From the NCBI GenBank assembly GCA_044356215.1, contig JBIKWQ010000085.1, forward strand, positions 1 to 12,706: a DNA stretch of 12,706 bases, written 5' to 3'. This stretch comes from Bdellovibrionota bacterium (GTDB taxonomy: Bacteria; Bdellovibrionota_C; UBA2361; OMII01). How positions within the stretch are numbered: the stretch's first letter is position 1; each line of letters opens with the position of its first letter. Of the stretch, positions 7,449 to 12,706 are shown one piece after another. The translations under genes were made by a program, and so were the position numbers. The notes below the pieces were generated by a model. That model saw nothing but the letters and a program-made list of their open reading frames with translations, ran no database searches and had not been told where the DNA came from.

Positions 7449-9011
7449 ATGATTCGCGTTGTCTCGCTCCTCGGATCTATATTAGCGGTGATGATGCCTG
7501 CGGTATCATTAAATAGTGACGCGCTCGCTCAGGATAGTGGAAGATACATAATCAAATTTAAGGAGAGCAGAGCTCGCGCTCTAACGCGCTCTAGCGCGAA
7601 AGTCTTAGATCTGAAGATTTCAAGCTTGGGAGATCTCTCGGCGCGTGTGATAGATAAGATGCCGGCGGATCACTCCGCGGTAATAGCGCTTGATCGTAAT
7701 GAGCTGGCATCCATCGAGTCTAGGCGCGACGTCGAATCCGTTGAGCCAGATACGATCGTTAAAGCTTTTTTTGATCCTAACGACCCCGTCTACTCTCTTC
7801 AGTACTCACTAAACGGCGAGTATGGAAGCCGCGTTTCAGCGGCCTGGGATATTACAACCGGCTCCCGCCGAGCGGTTGTGGCGATTATTGATACAGGTGC
7901 TGATCTAGCTCATCCAGATATTCAGAGTAACCTCTGGATAAACTCCAAGGAGTCGAAAGGAACGCGCGGAAGGGATGATGATGGTAACGGTTGCATCGAT
8001 GATATCCACGGATGCGATCTATTTAATAGCGACGGGTCACCACAAGATGATAACGGACACGGAACTCATGTCGCTGGGATCGTCGCTGCTAGCGGCAACA
8101 ACGCGATCGGAGTCACGGGCGCGGCTTGGGGTTCTCGTATCCTCTCAGTGAAGGCGCTTGGCGCGGATGGATCCGGAGTTACCTCAACAATAGCCAAAGC
8201 GATTGACTATGTCACAACGCTCAAAAGCAAAGGCGCTCCCATAGTCGCGATAAATCTCTCCTTGGGAGGAGGAGGCTATTCAAATGCGATCTACCGAGCT
8301 GTAGAGCGCGCTCGCAACCACGATATATTAGTGGTCGCGGCGGCAGGTAATTCAGGATCGAATAACGATGTAGCGCCGCTCTACCCGGCTAATCTGACAA
8401 TTGATTCGGTTGTTTCTGTGGCGGCTACAGACGCAGTGGGAAATCTCGCGAGTTACTCTAATTATGGAGCCGCGACTGTGCATATCGCCGCGCCCGGTTC
8501 TCAGATATGGAGCACCGCCCTACGGAGCTTAGGATATCAGTACCGAACTTTAAGCGGGACATCTATGTCCAGCCCCCTAGCTGCGGGGGTAATTTCACTT
8601 ATATCGGCCGCCAATCCAGCTCTGTCGATGCTGCAGGTAAAGTCGATACTTTTGGCTACAGGGCGGCCGCTCGATTCTCTTCGTGCCACTGTGATAACCG
8701 GGGCGTTAGTCGATGCTCAGTCAGCGGTGAGAGCTGCGGCGAGCACCCCGGCGCTAGTTCGCGTAGCTGGTTTTGTTCGCAATCGCGCGCGAGCGGTGTC
8801 AGGCGCGACCGTTACATTGACGCAGCGAGGAGGTGCGACATCGCTGTCTCGAGTTGTGACGACTGCCAGTGATGGGTCCTACTCGTTTAGCGAGTTGCCA
8901 AAGGGCGACTACACTTTAAAAGTCAAAAAAGTTCGTTTGCGCTTCGCTAGTCAGGTGATTAATGCGACAGCTCTAAAAACTTTTCGGCGTGATTTTAGCG
9001 CCCAATATTAG
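7449..9011 (+). CDS. Secreted S8 subtilisin-like serine peptidase with propeptide and C-terminal carboxypeptidase-regulatory-like (beta-sandwich) domain
   Basis: Signal-peptide-like N-terminus ending ALA-Q; triad Asp (VAIIDTG), His (NGHGTHVAG), Ser (SGTSMSSP); oxyanion Asn (AAAGN); DDDGNGCIDDIHG loop; C-terminal GATVTL...TTASDGSYSFSELPKGDYTLKV. Confidence 0.95.
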   Translation: MIRVVSLLGSILAVMMPAVSLNSDALAQDSGRYIIKFKESRARALTRSSAKVLDLKISSLGDLSARVIDKMPADHSAVIALDRNELASIESRRDVESVEPDTIVKAFFDPNDPVYSLQYSLNGEYGSRVSAAWDITTGSRRAVVAIIDTGADLAHPDIQSNLWINSKESKGTRGRDDDGNGCIDDIHGCDLFNSDGSPQDDNGHGTHVAGIVAASGNNAIGVTGAAWGSRILSVKALGADGSGVTSTIAKAIDYVTTLKSKGAPIVAINLSLGGGGYSNAIYRAVERARNHDILVVAAAGNSGSNNDVAPLYPANLTIDSVVSVAATDAVGNLASYSNYGAATVHIAAPGSQIWSTALRSLGYQYRTLSGTSMSSPLAAGVISLISAANPALSMLQVKSILLATGRPLDSLRATVITGALVDAQSAVRAAASTPALVRVAGFVRNRARAVSGATVTLTQRGGATSLSRVVTTASDGSYSFSELPKGDYTLKVKKVRLRFASQVINATALKTFRRDFSAQY

Positions 9012-9276
9012 CCACAAGTAATGAGCTAGGTTCATTATCATCGTTCCTAACTCGGGCCTCAGCAGCTTCTCCATGCTGACTCTGGTCTAAACCTAATGAC
9101 TCCTCAAACTCGCTCACCCGCATCGGAATTATTCTATGCGAGATGAAATACAGCGCGGCGGAGCCGGCGATTGTAAATGGAATCACAACGAGAAGAGCTA
9201 ATAAGTGATTGAGGAAAGTTTCCGTTTGTCCGTGGATTAGACCAACAGATTCAGCGAAAACAGCGGTCAGGATCAT
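8995..9276 (-). pseudogene. C-terminal fragment (93 aa) of an ammonium transporter, Amt/AmtB family
   Basis: MILTAVFAESVGLIHGQTETFLNHLLALLVVIPFTIAGSAALYFISHRIIPMRVSEFEESLGLDQSQHGE matches the end of TM10, TM11 and the conserved LRV...E..GLD..HGE tail of Amt proteins. The upstream ~300+ residues are absent and dacB occupies that position. Confidence 0.8.
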
Positions 9277-9286
9277 TATTCTTATG

Positions 9287-10624
9287 TTAATTATGTATAT
9301 TTTTAAGATAGTCGCGCAGTTCTGCCGCCACTTTGAATTTATATGCGGGCGCAACATCGCTATTAACTAGGATACAGAAGCGAGCCTGGCCCAAAGTCCT
9401 GCCAAGGTCAAAGTATCCGGCCAGGGTGTTTACTCCTCTTAAGGTGCCGGTTTTAGCCAGAAATCCATCACGCTCTGGAAGTAGGTGGCTGTAGCGATCA
9501 AAGACTCTTAGAAGCTGAGTCATCTGCTGGGCGGTTACACGGGTCTTTCGTGATAAACCAGATCCCTCCTCAACATGAAAATCCGTCCAGCCAACCTGAG
9601 TGGCGAGGCACTGAGTAAAAGCCTGCTGGGCTTTTGATACTGTTGCGGGGGCGCCGAACTTCTTGGCTCCTAGAACGAGAAATATCTGATTAGCCGTGAA
9701 GTTGGTCGAGTACTTAAGCATTCCCCGAGCTATCTCCTCAAGAGAGAGCGGGGAGTGGTGTCGCAGTATAGCAGTAGCGTTTGGTGGGACGTTCCCAAGC
9801 GAAACAAGCATCTGTCCGGAGACCCCATGCCGCGCTAGTAGCGCGCCGAGTAGCTCACCTCCATACCGTGCGCCAACACGCCAATCAGTTGAGAGGCTGA
9901 TACGCTCTGTTAATCCCTTTGAGAGCCTTTGCCCGGCCTGTTTAGAGATCGGAGTCAGCGGAGTTTGTTGTTCCGCGCTGATCACCTCACCGGCTCTAGA
10001 ACGCATAAGAGCCGCGGAGCTGTAGTTAGCTACAAAGGCGGAGTTTTTAGCGTCGTATGGATTAAGAGAGCTCGCGCTCCCATCGATATCAATATCGTCG
10101 GCGAAGAATGAGTTGTCGATCACGATTCGCTCAACACGCTGCATACTTCGGGCGAGATCTCGCGCGATGCTGTCTAGCGTCTCTGACACTAATGACGGGT
10201 CTCCCGAGCCTTTGATGTAGAGAGTTGAAGAGGGACCGGAGAAGAAAAATGTCTCGAATCGATAGTCAGAGCCAAGCTCCGTTAACCCGCAGTAGGCGGT
10301 CGCTAGCTTAATAGTTGAGGCGGGAATAAGGGGGGTATCGCCTCGATAGCTGAGCAGCTCAGTTCGGTCTGACGATTCGACTACCACGGCCCCGTTTTTA
10401 ACCAAAGCCTTAACAAATTCAGGTGTGCTGTTAGTGGATGATATAAAGGAGCGAGAACCACGGTCTTTAATTCCTGCGCTAGGCTCGCACCGCGATGAAG
10501 AAGCGGCTAAGAGGGTGACCATAATTAAAAATAGCTGGGGCAAAAGGAGCGGGCGGGCTATCTTAAGACAAAATCGGGGATTTAAGAGCATACATGGGTA
10601 GATTAGCCGATCTAAATCAATCAC
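9287..10624 (-). CDS. dacB: D-alanyl-D-alanine carboxypeptidase/endopeptidase, PBP4 (peptidase S13) family
   Basis: SxxK (PASTIK), SxN (KYSTNFTANQI), KTG (AKTGTLRGV), LYIKGSGDPSL and EGSGLSR; hydrophobic N-terminal segment. True start may be ATG 10591 rather than GTG 10624. Confidence 0.92.
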   Translation of the reverse strand: MIDLDRLIYPCMLLNPRFCLKIARPLLLPQLFLIMVTLLAASSSRCEPSAGIKDRGSRSFISSTNSTPEFVKALVKNGAVVVESSDRTELLSYRGDTPLIPASTIKLATAYCGLTELGSDYRFETFFFSGPSSTLYIKGSGDPSLVSETLDSIARDLARSMQRVERIVIDNSFFADDIDIDGSASSLNPYDAKNSAFVANYSSAALMRSRAGEVISAEQQTPLTPISKQAGQRLSKGLTERISLSTDWRVGARYGGELLGALLARHGVSGQMLVSLGNVPPNATAILRHHSPLSLEEIARGMLKYSTNFTANQIFLVLGAKKFGAPATVSKAQQAFTQCLATQVGWTDFHVEEGSGLSRKTRVTAQQMTQLLRVFDRYSHLLPERDGFLAKTGTLRGVNTLAGYFDLGRTLGQARFCILVNSDVAPAYKFKVAAELRDYLKNIHN

Positions 10625-10683
10625 GCACGGCTTCTGCGCCGGGCCGTTATGTGATATCTGTTGGCTAGGGAGAAAATAAGATT

Positions 10684-11556
10684 ATGAAAGGAATAATTCT
10701 GGCGGGCGGCGCGGGGACGAGATTGCACCCTGTAACACTGGCGGTGAGTAAGCAGCTTCTGCCGGTTTACGACAAGCCGATGATCTATTATCCGCTATCG
10801 ATGCTCCTTCTAGCTGACATACGGGACATTTTAGTAATAACCACACCGCAGGACAGTGAATCTTTCTCGCGTCTTTTAGGAGATGGATCCCAGTGGGGTG
10901 TTTCCATATCTTACGCCACACAGCCCAGTCCTGATGGATTAGCGCAGGCTTTTATTATCGGTGAAGAGTTCGTTGGTTCCGACAGGGTCTGTTTAGCACT
11001 GGGGGATAATTTATTCTTTGGTCACGGGTTGCCTTATCTTCTGGTCAAAGCGGCGAATCGCGAGGAAGGAGCTACCGTATTCGGTTATCACGTTAGGGAC
11101 CCAGAGAGATATGGAGTAGTGGAGTTCGATTCAACCGGGAAAGCTGTCAATATCGAGGAGAAGCCGAAAGTTCCAAAATCCTCATACGCAGTCACGGGGA
11201 TCTATTTCTACGACAATCAGGTTATCGATATCGCTAAGTCGCTCAAACCATCAGCGCGAGGAGAGCTTGAGATCACTGATGTTAATATGGCCTATTTAAA
11301 GCGTGACCAGCTACAGGTGGAGGTTTTAGGACAGGGAGTTGCGTGGCTGGATACAGGAACACATGAGTCTCTGATGCAAGCAGGCGAGTTCATCCACACT
11401 ATTCAGGAGCGCCAAGGCTTAATGGTCGCCTGTCTTGAGGAGATAGCTTTTCGAAGAGGCATGATCAACGCTGAGCAACTTGAGCGACAAGTTAACTCCA
11501 TGAAGAACAGCTCCTACGCTAGATACTTAAAGGAGCTGATAAATAAACACCATTAA
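10684..11556 (+). CDS. rfbA: Glucose-1-phosphate thymidylyltransferase
   Basis: [79 protein letters not shown]; purine-rich AGGGAG upstream. Confidence 0.98.
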   Translation: MKGIILAGGAGTRLHPVTLAVSKQLLPVYDKPMIYYPLSMLLLADIRDILVITTPQDSESFSRLLGDGSQWGVSISYATQPSPDGLAQAFIIGEEFVGSDRVCLALGDNLFFGHGLPYLLVKAANREEGATVFGYHVRDPERYGVVEFDSTGKAVNIEEKPKVPKSSYAVTGIYFYDNQVIDIAKSLKPSARGELEITDVNMAYLKRDQLQVEVLGQGVAWLDTGTHESLMQAGEFIHTIQERQGLMVACLEEIAFRRGMINAEQLERQVNSMKNSSYARYLKELINKHH

Positions 11557-11877
11557 GATAGACGCTGTTTCGCTATCATCATTCGGTGTTTGTTTCTGAG
11601 ACTTCGTGTTTATTGACATCTAGCGACGCTCCGTCCACTGATCAATAAGTTAGCGTCATTTCCTTAAGGCGCGAAATACCCCAATACTTTCAGTCGGTTG
11701 TTTGCAACTTATTGCATATACTCCTGATATCAAGCCAAAAACCTGCGCCAGAGAGGCTTAATAAACCGAAGCCAATTCAGGATATTACCGGAAAAAAGCG
11801 TCAAAAATCCGTCGTAAGGCCTCGGGACTAATAAACAATTAAATATTTAGCTAAGAGCGGCCGACCATCACTACGAG

Positions 11878-12706
11878 ATGGACGAAACAGGGGGGCCTTT
11901 GTGCCCCGATGAAAACAGCTGCGAAGTGAATCCGCACTCTGGAACAGAGACGGGACACGTGTCATCTGCTCACTCAACTAATGAGAGCAGCGCTACTGAT
12001 CTATACTCATCAACTCAGACAGATTCGCTTCAGAAAAATTTAATAACTAATTTCAGAAATCTCAGTTCGCGCGCGGTTACCTCTCTCGCGGTTGTCTTCT
12101 CCATTATCCTGGCAGTCGTAGCGATAGCGCAGGTAGCTGATCCGTTCTTTGGAGAAGAGACGTTATGCGATTCTTGCGGACTAATGGACCAGAGTCATGA
12201 GCCTTGGCCAACTAGCACTCCAACAAATACACCAACTAGCACACCTACAGTTACACCAACGAATACACCAACAGACACACCTACCAACACACCAACGATT
12301 ACTCCGACTAACACACCAACAGATACACCTACAAATACCCCGACGGATACACCGACGAACACACCAACCAACACGCCGACAGGAACGCCAACAGATACGC
12401 CGACGAATACACCAACAGACACGCCGACTAATACTCCGACAGATACTCCGACCAATACACCGACCGATACACCGACGAATACGCCGACAGATACGCCGAC
12501 GAACACACCAACAGATACACCTACGAATACTCCGACAGATACTCCAACGAATACGCCGACCGATACTCCGACAGATACGCCGACGAATACCCCAACAGAT
12601 ACGCCGACCAACACACCTACAGATACTCCGACTAATACTCCGACAGATACACCAACAGATACCCCAACGAATACCCCAACAGATACGCCGACGAATACTC
12701 CAACAG
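11878..12706 (+). CDS. Membrane-anchored or exported Pro/Thr-rich repeat protein (partial, runs off window)
   Basis: Open frame from ATG 11878: ~64-aa polar leader ([15 protein letters not shown]...), hydrophobic [20 protein letters not shown], a CDSC motif, then TPTx repeats to the end without a stop. Not in the ORF track. Confidence 0.88.
   Translation, partial: MDETGGPLCPDENSCEVNPHSGTETGHVSSAHSTNESSATDLYSSTQTDSLQKNLITNFRNLSSRAVTSLAVVFSIILAVVAIAQVADPFFGEETLCDSCGLMDQSHEPWPTSTPTNTPTSTPTVTPTNTPTDTPTNTPTITPTNTPTDTPTNTPTDTPTNTPTNTPTGTPTDTPTNTPTDTPTNTPTDTPTNTPTDTPTNTPTDTPTNTPTDTPTNTPTDTPTNTPTDTPTDTPTNTPTDTPTNTPTDTPTNTPTDTPTDTPTNTPTDTPTNTPT
12217..12706 (+). repeat. Coding 12-bp tandem repeat, 40 complete TPTx units plus a partial one
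   Basis: Consensus ACN CCN ACN RAY with mostly alternating TPTN/TPTD; variation is concentrated at third codon positions. Confidence 0.95.

Noticed and set aside
9277..9357. Extended start for the Amt fragment at 9357
   Set aside because: Overlaps the dacB 3' end and shows no Amt-like sequence; similarity begins at Met 9276.
1785..10921. Other track ORFs nested in or antisense to the main genes (e.g. 1785..2261, 3532..3822, 4567..4917, 5501..6250, 6939..7124, 8507..8872, 9696..10111, 10682..10921)
   Set aside because: They overlap well-supported genes and lack motifs; shadow ORFs.
12195..12614. Minus-strand ORF of VGVS/VGVF repeats
   Set aside because: Antisense shadow of the TPTx repeat; the + frame has a start, a membrane segment and third-position wobble.
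12217..12706. Possible CRISPR array
   Set aside because: Contiguous degenerate 12-bp coding units with no unique spacers and no cas genes.

Overview
Bacterial chromosomal window of mixed housekeeping and accessory genes, rich in mobile and palindromic DNA. Left to right: the 3' end and terminal repeat of an IS4-family (IS50/Tn5-like) element that cuts a minus-strand hypothetical gene; a HEAT-like protein; a truncated MITE-like copy; a CPD photolyase; a 9-bp-periodic palindrome; a CysQ/IMPase-family phosphatase; an ankyrin protein; a complete 252-bp palindromic MITE-like element (17-bp perfect TIRs, TTAG duplication) carrying a nested GTAG REP-like doublet; dedA; a secreted S8 subtilase; an orphan C-terminal ammonium-transporter (Amt) fragment; a PBP4/DacB-type peptidase; a lone rfbA/rmlA; and the start of a membrane-anchored or exported protein with at least 40 TPT(N/D) repeats. 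The ORF track misses the transposase end and the TPT protein because both run off the window. The most notable items are the nested palindromic element, whose end can pair with the dedA ribosome-binding site, and the open-frame Amt fragment. All calls come from reading motifs by eye; no searches were run.
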